Positions 18,092-27,228 of a stretch of 45,703 nt of DNA are shown in pieces. Position 1 is the first letter of the stretch. The number at the start of each line of letters is the position of its first letter. The stretch lies in the sequence record SRR22947727_1159. The stretch is one strand, 5' to 3'. Below the pieces are notes generated by a model, which saw only the letters and a program-made list of their open reading frames with translations, ran no database searches and was not told the origin of the DNA. Position numbers and translations under genes: made by a program.

Positions 18092-19057
18092 TTATTTTTC
18101 ATTAAATTCTTTTTTAGCCTGATTATATTCTTCTATTATCCTTTCAACTAAGTCGCCAACGCTCGGATCATCTTTTATGCCACCTATTCCTTGTCCAGAA
18201 CCCCATATATCTTTCCATGCTTTCGCATCTGTATTTCCACCTGATCCAAAGTTCATAGCAGACTTGTCAGCCTCAGGTAAATTATTTGGATCAAGGCCAG
18301 CATTTTTTATAGATGGTTTTAAATAATTACCAGAAACACCTGTAAATAAATTTGAATAAACAATATCATCAGCAGCGCTTTCAATTAACATTTCTTTATA
18401 GCTCTGATCTGCATTTGCTTCTTTTGTTGCTATAAAACGTGTTCCCATATATGCAAAGTCTGCACCAAGCGCTAATGATGATGCTACAGAATAACCATCA
18501 CCAATGGATCCGGATAAAATTACTGTTCCATCAAACCATTCCTTGACTTCTCTAAGTAATGCGAATGGTGATAGTGCCCCTGCATGGCCTCCAGCCCCAG
18601 CACAAACTAAGATTAATCCATCAACTCCTTGTTCTGCAGCTTTTTTTGCATGCCGTACATTAATTACATCATGATAGACAAGACCGCCATAACTATGTGC
18701 TGCCTCAACTAATTCAGCCGGAGGTCTTAAAGAGGTAATAATTATTGGTACCTCATGCTCTACGCACGTAGCCATATCATCCATAAGCCTATCGTTAGAT
18801 CCATGACATATCTGATTCACTGCAAAAGGAGCAACTTTTTTATCTGGATTTTGAGCTTGATATTCAGCTAATTCTGTTTTTATTCTAACAATCCATTCGC
18901 CCAATACATGTTGCGGTCTAGCATTTAATGCTGGGAATGATCCAATGATTCCGGCCTTACATTGTGCAATAACTAGCTCTGGACCAGACACTAAAAATAG
19001 TGGAGAGCCAATTATAGGGATTGATAAGTTATTTTTGATACTATCTGGAATAGCCAC
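18092..19057 (-). CDS. nitronate monooxygenase / FabK-like flavin-dependent oxidoreductase
   Basis: PIIGSPLFLVS, GAGGHAG, LGADFAYMGTRFIAT, WKDIWGSGQG; GTG start with RBS AGGAG. Confidence 0.9.
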   Translation of the reverse strand: MAIPDSIKNNLSIPIIGSPLFLVSGPELVIAQCKAGIIGSFPALNARPQHVLGEWIVRIKTELAEYQAQNPDKKVAPFAVNQICHGSNDRLMDDMATCVEHEVPIIITSLRPPAELVEAAHSYGGLVYHDVINVRHAKKAAEQGVDGLILVCAGAGGHAGALSPFALLREVKEWFDGTVILSGSIGDGYSVASSLALGADFAYMGTRFIATKEANADQSYKEMLIESAADDIVYSNLFTGVSGNYLKPSIKNAGLDPNNLPEADKSAMNFGSGGNTDAKAWKDIWGSGQGIGGIKDDPSVGDLVERIIEEYNQAKKEFNEK

Positions 19058-19226
19058 TATTGTTCTCCTTTAGGTTAATATTATTTTTTGGCTAGTCTAT
19101 CATTAAATACCTCAAATATTTAAGTTTAGTCGCAATGGAATATATTAAAAGAATAACCATAGCAAGAAATGCAATATTTTATGTATTTTAAGACTATAAT
19201 CCTCACTTTTCTAAAGCATTACTAAC

Positions 19227-21017
19227 ATGGATATAAATAAGTTAAGAAATATTGCAATCATTGCCCATGTTGATCATGGAAAAACAACTCTTGTAGATAA
19301 GCTGCTTAAACAATCTGGAACTCTCGATAGAAAGAATATGGATTCTGAAAGAATCATGGATTCAAATGATCAAGAAAAAGAAAGAGGAATAACTATTACT
19401 GCAAAAAATACTTCAATCAATTGGAATGGGCATCTTATAAATATAGTTGATACGCCAGGTCATGCTGATTTTGGAGGTGAGGTAGAGAGAGCTCTTTCAA
19501 TGGTTGATTCTGTTCTGCTCCTGGTCGATGCAGTTGATGGACCAATGCCGCAGACAAGATTTGTAACTCAAAAAGCTTTTGAAAAAGGACTTAAACCAAT
19601 TGTAGTAATCAATAAGGTTGATCGCCCAGATGCCAGACCAGATTGGGTTTTAGATCAAGTCTTTGATTTGTTTGATAGACTTGGCGGAACTGATGAACAG
19701 CTTGATTTTCCAGTAATTTATGCATCTGCCATAGAAGGGATCTCTGGGCTAGAGGCTGATCAAATGACTCTAAATATGACTCCATTGATGCAAATGATTT
19801 TGGATAAAGTACCTGCTCCGGAAGTAAACAAAGATGGTCCTCTTCGATTGCAAATTAGTGCTTTAGATAGTAATAGCTATGTTGGAGTGATTGGTATTGG
19901 AAGAATTAAGCAGGGCACCGTAAAGCCTAATGACCAAGTAGCAATAATTAGCAGAGAAGGTGAAACTAGAAAAGGAAGAGTTCTTCAGGTTATGGGCTAT
20001 GAGGGCTTGGAAAGGGTTGAAGTTTTAAGCGCCGATGCAGGATCAATAGTCTGTATTACAGGTATAGATAAACTTAACATTTCAGATACTATATGTGACC
20101 CCTCTTCTGTTGAATCTTTACCGCCTCTTTCTGTTGATGAGCCCACAGTAAGTATGACTTTTCAAGTTAACGATTCACCTTTTGCTGGAAGAGAAGGAAA
20201 ATTTGTAACTTCAAGAAATATCAAAGAAAGATTAGAAAAAGAGTTGATATCAAATGTTGCCCTAAGAGTCGCCCCAGGCGATAGTCCTGATAAGTTTGTT
20301 GTTTCAGGAAGAGGTGAACTTCATTTATCAGTGCTTATAGAAACAATGCGAAGAGAGGGGTTTGAACTAGCTATATCTAAACCACAGGTTATTCAAAAAG
20401 AAATTGATGGAGAAATTCATGAGCCATTCGAGCAAATAGTAATTGACGTTGAAGAAATCCATCAAGGCTCTGTAATGGAAGAGCTTGGTCCCAGAAAAGC
20501 TGAGCTCCAAAGCATGGAATCAGATGGAAAAGGAAGAGCAAAATTAGAATTTATAGCGCCTTCAAGAGGGATTATAGGATTTAGATCTCACTTTCTAACT
20601 ATTACCAGCGGAACAGGGATTATGACAAGTGTTTTTGATCATTATGGTCCTGTAAAAGTTGGTGAGATTGCAAAAAGAACAAATGGTGTTATGTATTCTA
20701 TGATGGCTGGAAAAACTCTTGCCTATGCATTATTTAATTTACAGAATCGTGGAAAATTATTTCTTGGTCATGGTAAAGAAGTTTATATTGGTCAAATAGT
20801 TGGTCTCCATTCAAGAGATAATGACTTACCAGTCAATCCCACCAAGGCTAAACAATTAACAAACATAAGAGCTGCTGGAACAGATGAGAATCTAATTCTA
20901 GTTCCACATATCAAACACACTCTTGAGCAAGCTTTAGAATTTATTGAGGATGATGAACTTGTGGAGGTAACACCAGAATCTATTCGTTTAAGAAAAAAGG
21001 GAAGGGTTAGAACCTAG
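19227..21017 (+). CDS. typA: translational GTPase TypA/BipA
   Basis: [58 protein letters not shown]. Confidence 0.98.
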   Translation: MDINKLRNIAIIAHVDHGKTTLVDKLLKQSGTLDRKNMDSERIMDSNDQEKERGITITAKNTSINWNGHLINIVDTPGHADFGGEVERALSMVDSVLLLVDAVDGPMPQTRFVTQKAFEKGLKPIVVINKVDRPDARPDWVLDQVFDLFDRLGGTDEQLDFPVIYASAIEGISGLEADQMTLNMTPLMQMILDKVPAPEVNKDGPLRLQISALDSNSYVGVIGIGRIKQGTVKPNDQVAIISREGETRKGRVLQVMGYEGLERVEVLSADAGSIVCITGIDKLNISDTICDPSSVESLPPLSVDEPTVSMTFQVNDSPFAGREGKFVTSRNIKERLEKELISNVALRVAPGDSPDKFVVSGRGELHLSVLIETMRREGFELAISKPQVIQKEIDGEIHEPFEQIVIDVEEIHQGSVMEELGPRKAELQSMESDGKGRAKLEFIAPSRGIIGFRSHFLTITSGTGIMTSVFDHYGPVKVGEIAKRTNGVMYSMMAGKTLAYALFNLQNRGKLFLGHGKEVYIGQIVGLHSRDNDLPVNPTKAKQLTNIRAAGTDENLILVPHIKHTLEQALEFIEDDELVEVTPESIRLRKKGRVRT

Positions 21018-21024
21018 ATTTTAT

Positions 21025-21231
21025 TTAAATAGCGCAACTCATATCATTGCCACAACATAATGGTGATTTTATTTTTCCATTATAATTTGTGCAGTCTGCT
21101 TGTTGGCATTGTGATATTTTAACCTGACTACCATCATCTAAATCTAAGGCTCCATCAACTAGAGGGGTATCACATTCACCACAAGACGTTTTAACAGACA
21201 TTCCACACTCATTACATTTGTATATAGACAT
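21025..21231 (-). CDS. small Cys-rich metal-binding protein with desulforedoxin-like termini
   Basis: YKCNECG ... CGEC ... CQQADC ... LCCGNDM; RBS AAGGA upstream. Confidence 0.8.
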   Translation of the reverse strand: MSIYKCNECGMSVKTSCGECDTPLVDGALDLDDGSQVKISQCQQADCTNYNGKIKSPLCCGNDMSCAI

Positions 21232-21250
21232 ATTTTTTCTTTCCTTATTT

Positions 21251-22123
21251 TTAATTAGACATAGCGTCTAATATTTCAAGTAATAAATTAATGATATCTA
21301 AATATATTTGGAAAGCCAAATTGAAAGCTGTATCCCAATCATTAATACCAAAATCTGACCTTTTTCTTAAAAGATTGAAGTCAACCAATAAGAACAAAGA
21401 AAAAATAAAAGCACCAAAAATGGCTTTAATTCTTATAGCAGATCTCGAAAATCCTTTAAATATCCTTACAAATTCAAAAATAATTAATCCAAGCAACGAT
21501 ATTAATAGAAACCCTATTAGAAATGAGCTTTCTGAAAATGAATAAATATCGCTATAACCAATAAGCCCAGCAATAAGAGTTACTAGAAAAACAATTTTTA
21601 AAGCATTAAAGCCATCATTTTCATCCATCTCAAGCATAATAAAAGCTAACAGTGGCCCAAATGTAAGACTAGAAATAGTAAAAAAAATCATGCCTGTTTG
21701 GGTGCTAATGCCAGTTGAAGCAAAAAAGGTGCATAAAAATAATGATATGGCCCATAAACCAAATGCAGCATAAACAGTCTCCCCTCCCTGCTTGTCCATG
21801 TAGCCATCTTTAATAAGCTTAATTCTGTGATCTTTGTCCATAGCCATTAAAGTTATAGTCTCAGACTTTGTGGGATTATCTTTTGATGGAACCTGTTTAA
21901 ACATTTCGCATGGATAGTTTTTTGGAGCTGGAGAATAAGGAACTAAATCTAACTGCTTATTCATATTCATTGACGCCCTAAAGTGTATTCCTGCAAAAGA
22001 TGTATTATTTTTATATGCTTTTCTTGCTCCTTTAATACAATAAAAACAAGTACCTAAAACAATAGAAAGCTGACCACATAAAATAAACATGGTTTTAAAG
22101 AAAAGTGATGTTTCTAATAACAT
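21251..22123 (-). CDS. Bax inhibitor-1/YccA family membrane protein with a soluble insertion
   Basis: C-terminal FSLFLLVDF and AFQIYLDIINLLLEIL BI-1 signature; polar segment after TM1. Confidence 0.8.
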   Translation of the reverse strand: MLLETSLFFKTMFILCGQLSIVLGTCFYCIKGARKAYKNNTSFAGIHFRASMNMNKQLDLVPYSPAPKNYPCEMFKQVPSKDNPTKSETITLMAMDKDHRIKLIKDGYMDKQGGETVYAAFGLWAISLFLCTFFASTGISTQTGMIFFTISSLTFGPLLAFIMLEMDENDGFNALKIVFLVTLIAGLIGYSDIYSFSESSFLIGFLLISLLGLIIFEFVRIFKGFSRSAIRIKAIFGAFIFSLFLLVDFNLLRKRSDFGINDWDTAFNLAFQIYLDIINLLLEILDAMSN

Positions 22124-22179
22124 TAAATAATAATAACTTATTTACAAAACTATTTATTAATAAAGACAATTTAGGGAGT

Positions 22180-22683
22180 CTATTTTCTTAGATATCTAAC
22201 CGAGTGGTCTTCAAAATGGCATTCTCCATCATCTTTAAACCCTTTTTTATAATGAAAACTTAAAGAAATTTCATTCTTGGGCAGGATGTTAACTTCACAA
22301 CATAAAGGAATACCTTCTTTTTTTGCAAGCTCATCTAAATGATCATAAAGATATGATCCAGCGCCTCTTCTTCTGTGACTTTCTTTTATAACTATTCTGT
22401 CTATGTATAAAAATTTATCTTCTTTATTTTTAAAGTAATTGTAGTTTGGTGACTTATATTCTGAGTTCTCTCTAAAACATATAACGAACCCAATGATTTC
22501 ATCGTCCTCAAGCACATAAAAATTAATAGCACTCATATTAATTAATTTGGATAAAACATTTATCGACTCTAGCTCACCAACCTCAGGAGTATTTTGTTGA
22601 TTTAAGGAATACAAAATATTCAATTCTTTATTTTCTGGAGCTTCTGTAAATATTGATAGCCTTGTCTCATGGACTAAGTTCAT
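22180..22683 (-). CDS. GNAT family N-acetyltransferase
   Basis: FLYIDRIVI, RRRGAGSYLY acetyl-CoA motif, CEVN..P.N..S..FH...GF. Confidence 0.9.
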   Translation of the reverse strand: MNLVHETRLSIFTEAPENKELNILYSLNQQNTPEVGELESINVLSKLINMSAINFYVLEDDEIIGFVICFRENSEYKSPNYNYFKNKEDKFLYIDRIVIKESHRRRGAGSYLYDHLDELAKKEGIPLCCEVNILPKNEISLSFHYKKGFKDDGECHFEDHSVRYLRK

Positions 22684-22699
22684 TATCTAAATTTGAATG

Positions 22700-23389
22700 T
22701 TAGTTAGATTCAAGGTCACTAATTGCATCATTAATTTTTTGAAGCGGCTCTCTAATAAGCAGCTCTTTGGTAAGCGTATAACTTGGATGCCCCATAGATG
22801 CTAAATCTTTTGCTTTGAGCATTGCAGTTTCCATTAGATTCCCAGGATCGACAACCTCATCTATTAATCCAGCATCTATTCCATTCTCGATTGAATACAT
22901 CTCTGCCCCCAAGATTGCTCTATATTTATGACTTGAAGAAATTCTGTGGTTGATGAGTTCTAAAATAGGAATTGGTATAACCATATTTGTTCTCATTTCA
23001 TTAGCGCCAATCATAAAGTCTCCTTTAACGCCAATGCGGTAATCACAACAGCATAGCAAGAAAGTTCCTAGTGCAATTCCATGACCTGAACATGCTGCCA
23101 ATATTGGTCTTGGAAATGAAAATAGTCTAGATAATAATTTAAATCCACTTAACGACATATCCATGGTTGCCTGAATATCGCCTGCTGAAATAATTTTTAA
23201 ATCAAAGCCTGCAGAAAACATACCCTGTCTTCCAGTAATAATTAAAGCGCCACTTTCTAATGGAACTTTATCCAAGCATTCATTAACATCTTGAATCATG
23301 TTTGGAGAAAAGACATTTGCCTTACCGTCATCCAAAGTAATTATCGAGATATCATCTTCGCTGGTTAGTGTTGCTAATTTAGCTGACAT
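22700..23389 (-). CDS. crotonase/enoyl-CoA hydratase family protein
   Basis: LDDGKANVFS, FSAGFDL, CSGHGIALG, IGANE. Confidence 0.9.
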   Translation of the reverse strand: MSAKLATLTSEDDISIITLDDGKANVFSPNMIQDVNECLDKVPLESGALIITGRQGMFSAGFDLKIISAGDIQATMDMSLSGFKLLSRLFSFPRPILAACSGHGIALGTFLLCCCDYRIGVKGDFMIGANEMRTNMVIPIPILELINHRISSSHKYRAILGAEMYSIENGIDAGLIDEVVDPGNLMETAMLKAKDLASMGHPSYTLTKELLIREPLQKINDAISDLESN

Positions 23390-23490
23390 AATTTTTTCCT
23401 TTTATATATTCGAAGTTTAGCAAATATTCTGATAATGCTATAAATGAAATTTTAAGTAATTAGGGGGCGGTAATCATCGAAAGAACTTTT

Positions 23491-23627
23491 AAAGCTATGC
23501 ATGCACTAGGTAATAAATTTAATATTAAGGACTTTCACTCTGCTGTTTGAGTCATAGAAACCCTTCTCTGTTCATGCTTGAGAGGAAAATTAATGAAATG
23601 ATTTTTAAGGGCTTAACAAATAATTAA
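23491..23627 (+). pseudogene. frameshifted 3'-terminal remnant of a DUF885-family gene
   Basis: KAMHALGNKFNIKDFHSAV* then, shifted by one base, LSHRNPSLFMLERKINEMI; matches the DUF885 C-terminal pattern LG.KF.I+.FH..VL..G..PL..LE..I. Confidence 0.65.
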
Positions 23628-24247
23628 TAATTTTCAGGACGCTTTGCTTGGTATTGCATAAAATATTCTCTGACCCAGGCCAAATCTTTTTCTATGTTTC
23701 CCGATGGATTATAAAATTTATCAAGGAGAATTTTCTTATTGCCGAAATCAAATGCGCCTAAAAATATTTGGCCTTCAACAGCTTTGGCAATTCTTAAAAA
23801 CCCTGATTTCATCTTTTCAGTCTTTGCTCTTGTTCCCTCAGGAGACATGGCTATTAATGAACCATTAAGCTTTTTCATATTTTTTATTGCTACGTCTGTA
23901 AGGCCCATGCCTGGTTTAGATTTATCAACAGGAATGCCACCCATATATTTAAGAAATCTTCCTAGAATTGGTTTATTAAATAAAGTAAATTTTCCAAAAA
24001 ATGTGATCTTTGCATCTAGGCCTAAAATAGCAGCAAAACCAAACACCCCATCCCAGTTAGATGTATGCGGTCCAGCTATAAGAATTAAATTTTCATTACC
24101 TGAAGTTGATGGGACAACTCCCTCAACTTTCCACCCAAAAATTCTTAAAAACCACCTGGCTAACCATTGAACTATCTTGGGTCTTGAAGCCCTATATTTT
24201 TCTGGAATTTGTTTTCTTGATACAGTCTTATTTTCACTTTTTAACAT
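23624..24247 (-). CDS. 1-acyl-sn-glycerol-3-phosphate acyltransferase (PlsC/LPLAT family)
   Basis: PHTSNWD (HX4D), GGIPVD, SPEGTR, KSGF. Confidence 0.9.
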   Translation of the reverse strand: MLKSENKTVSRKQIPEKYRASRPKIVQWLARWFLRIFGWKVEGVVPSTSGNENLILIAGPHTSNWDGVFGFAAILGLDAKITFFGKFTLFNKPILGRFLKYMGGIPVDKSKPGMGLTDVAIKNMKKLNGSLIAMSPEGTRAKTEKMKSGFLRIAKAVEGQIFLGAFDFGNKKILLDKFYNPSGNIEKDLAWVREYFMQYQAKRPENY

Positions 24248-24249
24248 GC

Positions 24250-24933
24250 TTATCCTTGAGCTTTATCTTTTATGTAATATGGTAAATATAATGCATAGCA
24301 AATTAGGATTGCGGCTATATAAAGATCAATTATGTGAAAAGGCTCTGGCCTCATGAGAGAGATTATATTAGATCCAATTGGTTTTTCTGCTAAGAACCAA
24401 TAGTTGGTACCTAAAATATAATTCATAAAGTAAGTGAATAGCAAAAGTACTGAAGCGTAAAAAAGTGCTTTAGCTACATCTACCAAGTAAGGTCTTTGTT
24501 TATCTATTACCATTGCGTATGCAACACCCATTAAAATCATTGTATGGCCTATTTGACTTTGTATGTAGCCAATATAAGGAAAACCATAAACAGTATCTGG
24601 TGTTAAAATTGACATACCTCCACCAGCAATACCAAAAAAAAATGCAAAAATAAAGAAATCTCTTTTTTTAGAAAGAAAATATAAAATAATAGCCATAGTA
24701 GAAAAATCACACAAATGAAGTGGTAAGCCTTCTTGCCATCTGTCACTCATAATGCCCTCTCTATAAAAATCCATAACCTGATTAATTAATAGGGTTATGA
24801 TTATTAATGAAGCAAATATTTGTTGAGCTTTTTCAGAAGATTTTACAAAATATTTAGGAATATAAATAATAGCCAAAACAGATAAGATTACTGAAAATAT
24901 ATGAGAAGGACCCAAAATATTTAGAGCGTTCAT
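24250..24933 (-). CDS. TIGR02206/YwaF (TMEM164-family) membrane protein
   Basis: LPLHLC, LTPD, QIGH, TNYWFLAEKP; multi-TM. Confidence 0.85.
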   Translation of the reverse strand: MNALNILGPSHIFSVILSVLAIIYIPKYFVKSSEKAQQIFASLIIITLLINQVMDFYREGIMSDRWQEGLPLHLCDFSTMAIILYFLSKKRDFFIFAFFFGIAGGGMSILTPDTVYGFPYIGYIQSQIGHTMILMGVAYAMVIDKQRPYLVDVAKALFYASVLLLFTYFMNYILGTNYWFLAEKPIGSNIISLMRPEPFHIIDLYIAAILICYALYLPYYIKDKAQG

Positions 24934-24951
24934 GATCGTTTTTTAAATATA

Positions 24952-25443
24952 TTAAGGTGTGTCTGGCAAAGAGCTATAATCAAGATCATCATAAGGATTT
25001 TGAATGCCTATTGCATCTGGATGAACAACAGAAATATCTATATCACTGCCATAATTACCAGAAATAAAGCCACCTACTGTATTTCTTGGAGAAATATATA
25101 TAGTTGCAAATCTTCCTGCTTTAGAATAAACAAGCGTAACTTCTTCACCAACTTTTGATGACATTAATTTCCACCCAGTAGAAAGAGTCTCAGTTCCATA
25201 AAAAATAAGATTCTCAGCAGGGCTATATCCTGATTCCATGATTATCCTTCCAGATATGGCTGAACCAGTTCCAAGCAAAACTGTTGGTGCTTTTATAATT
25301 TCAGCATCCTCTGGCAAAGGAAGATCTTCTAATAAATAAGCAATAACTTTTCTTTGATTAGCCTGATACTCATCGGTTATCAATGCACAACCTGCAAAGA
25401 AAATTAAAACTAACAAAGAAGTAAAAATATTTTTATTTAACAT
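24952..25443 (-). CDS. hypothetical lipoprotein
   Basis: Signal peptide with lipobox FAGC. Confidence 0.75.
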   Translation of the reverse strand: MLNKNIFTSLLVLIFFAGCALITDEYQANQRKVIAYLLEDLPLPEDAEIIKAPTVLLGTGSAISGRIIMESGYSPAENLIFYGTETLSTGWKLMSSKVGEEVTLVYSKAGRFATIYISPRNTVGGFISGNYGSDIDISVVHPDAIGIQNPYDDLDYSSLPDTP

Positions 25444-25507
25444 AATGTTTAGTATTGCACTTTTTTTTTATTTTTTCATCAATTTCTTTATTGATATTTA
25501 ATTGTTT

Positions 25508-25549
25508 TATGTCAAGTAAACTTGACATACTTATTTTATGTCTTACTAT
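25508..25549 (+). promoter_or_regulatory. operator palindrome overlapping a sigma70 promoter for the membrane protein-XRE operon
   Basis: TATGTCAAGT-AA-ACTTGACATA (25508-25529, perfect 10-bp arms) contains -35 TTGACA (25522-27); TACTAT -10 at 25544-49; RBS GGAG before ATG 25575. Confidence 0.75.
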
Positions 25550-25574
25550 TGTTTTTATAACTGGAGAATTATAA

Positions 25575-26036
25575 ATGGCTAAAATAACTCATAGGGGTGG
25601 ATGGGTAAAAATTTCGTCTTTAAACAAAAAGGATAAAAAAAATTATCTCATTTCCATAACCATGTTTTTTATAGGCGCAATCTTTTGGGGGATACACTTA
25701 ACAAGCGTTGATGGGATTATGGGCCCTGCTCAAGATGTAGACCCAACCTCAACTTTCTTCGGTATTATAAGATTGTTCATTGTGTTTTTTTGGGGTACGG
25801 CGGTATATTTTTACAATAAATTTCTTAAAGCCCAAGATGAACTATTTCATAGGTACTCTTATTACATTGGAGCATGGGGAAGCGTTGGATTTGTGTGCTT
25901 TGGGATGCTAATGTCTATATTTTCTCCATATCTTAACTTTGTTGTTGGTTTTTATGAGTGCTTCCTTGCGTTTTGCATTGGAACCGGTATTGGTGGATTT
26001 ATATTTGATAAGAAATATTTGAGAGATGAACAATAA
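25575..26036 (+). CDS. hypothetical membrane protein (about 4 TM), XRE-regulator associated
   Basis: Hydrophobic segments with a central QDE motif; overlaps the HTH gene. Confidence 0.8.
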   Translation: MAKITHRGGWVKISSLNKKDKKNYLISITMFFIGAIFWGIHLTSVDGIMGPAQDVDPTSTFFGIIRLFIVFFWGTAVYFYNKFLKAQDELFHRYSYYIGAWGSVGFVCFGMLMSIFSPYLNFVVGFYECFLAFCIGTGIGGFIFDKKYLRDEQ

Positions 26037-26220
26037 TTTAAAAAATCTGCGCAAGATAAAAAACGTCAGTCAAAATGACTTGGCTGATGCTCTATCTGTT
26101 AGCAGGCAAACAATTAATTCAATAGAAAACGGTAAATTTGATCCCTCCCTTACATTAGCTATTAAATTAACCAGATACTTTAATGTTTCTATAGATGAAA
26201 TATTTACGTATGAGGATTAG
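26026..26220 (+). CDS. XRE/Cro-family helix-turn-helix regulator
   Basis: SQNDLADALSVSRQTINSIENGKFDPSLTLA. Confidence 0.95.
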   Translation: MNNNLKNLRKIKNVSQNDLADALSVSRQTINSIENGKFDPSLTLAIKLTRYFNVSIDEIFTYED

Positions 26221-27228
26221 TTAGATATAAACGCTCCCAAAAGGATTATCAATAAAATCCTTCCAGGATATTGATTCTTGCTTAACAAAACCCGTAGATT
26301 TTATCTTGCCATTTAGGTACATATCCAAAACGCTACAAACACCCGAAGCGGTTGTAAGTTGAATTGCACTAAATGTTTCATTGCCATATATTTTTTTTAA
26401 ATACGTCTTCTCTTGGAGCACGCCACCAATCTCACCAATGACTTTTACAAAAAAAACAATGACGTCGTTTGTGGTCCTGGGTACCTCCTTGTCAAATAGT
26501 TTTTCTAAGACATCTTTATTCTTTTTTAAGTGCAGATCATTGAATAAAAATTTCATATGATTGAGATGACCTGGGTATCTAATTGTTTTGTATGAAAGAT
26601 TATCGACTTTGTTTTCATATGTTTCACACATAGTTGCACAACCACCGCTGGTATTAAATGCCTCGTATGCCTCCCCTTCAATGGTTAACTTTTCAGCTCC
26701 CTCTAAAGGCATCACTTTTATAGATTTTCCTTCATAGATTGCATCTGCTTCGTTACAATATTCATTTATTAAGCCGTTTGTAGACCAACTCAAGTAATAG
26801 CTCATTTCATTATTTGTAAATCTAGGAAGGGCGCCGACTCTCATCATGACTTCTTTTACACTATCAAATTGATTGATCATTCCTGCTGCACAAATATTAA
26901 TTGCGCCAGGAGCTAATCCACATTGCGGCATCATAACGCTTGAAGAGTTTATTTTTCTTATGAATTCTGTAGTTTCTACATCTTCAGTTAAATCAAAATA
27001 CCCGATTCCCATTTCTGCAGCTACAGTCCCAATATTTTTATTAATTGCAAATGGTCCAGCAGATATAACAGCATCCATTCCCTGAAGAAATTCTCTTACC
27101 TGAGATATATCTCGAGCATCTAAACCTTCTGTTATATCACCATGTTTAATCTCATAATCTTCTTTTAAAAGCTGTTTAATTGCCCAGCCTATATTGCCCT
27201 TACCAATAATTGCTATTTTAGCTTTCAT
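26221..27228 (-). CDS. saccharopine dehydrogenase family protein, probable L-lysine 6-dehydrogenase
   Basis: IIGKGNIG, YFDLTED, PQCGLAPG, MRVGALP, WSTNGLINEY, EAFNTSGG, YKTIRYPGH, SAIQLTTA; adjacent to an ALDH7. Confidence 0.85.
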   Translation of the reverse strand: MKAKIAIIGKGNIGWAIKQLLKEDYEIKHGDITEGLDARDISQVREFLQGMDAVISAGPFAINKNIGTVAAEMGIGYFDLTEDVETTEFIRKINSSSVMMPQCGLAPGAINICAAGMINQFDSVKEVMMRVGALPRFTNNEMSYYLSWSTNGLINEYCNEADAIYEGKSIKVMPLEGAEKLTIEGEAYEAFNTSGGCATMCETYENKVDNLSYKTIRYPGHLNHMKFLFNDLHLKKNKDVLEKLFDKEVPRTTNDVIVFFVKVIGEIGGVLQEKTYLKKIYGNETFSAIQLTTASGVCSVLDMYLNGKIKSTGFVKQESISWKDFIDNPFGSVYI

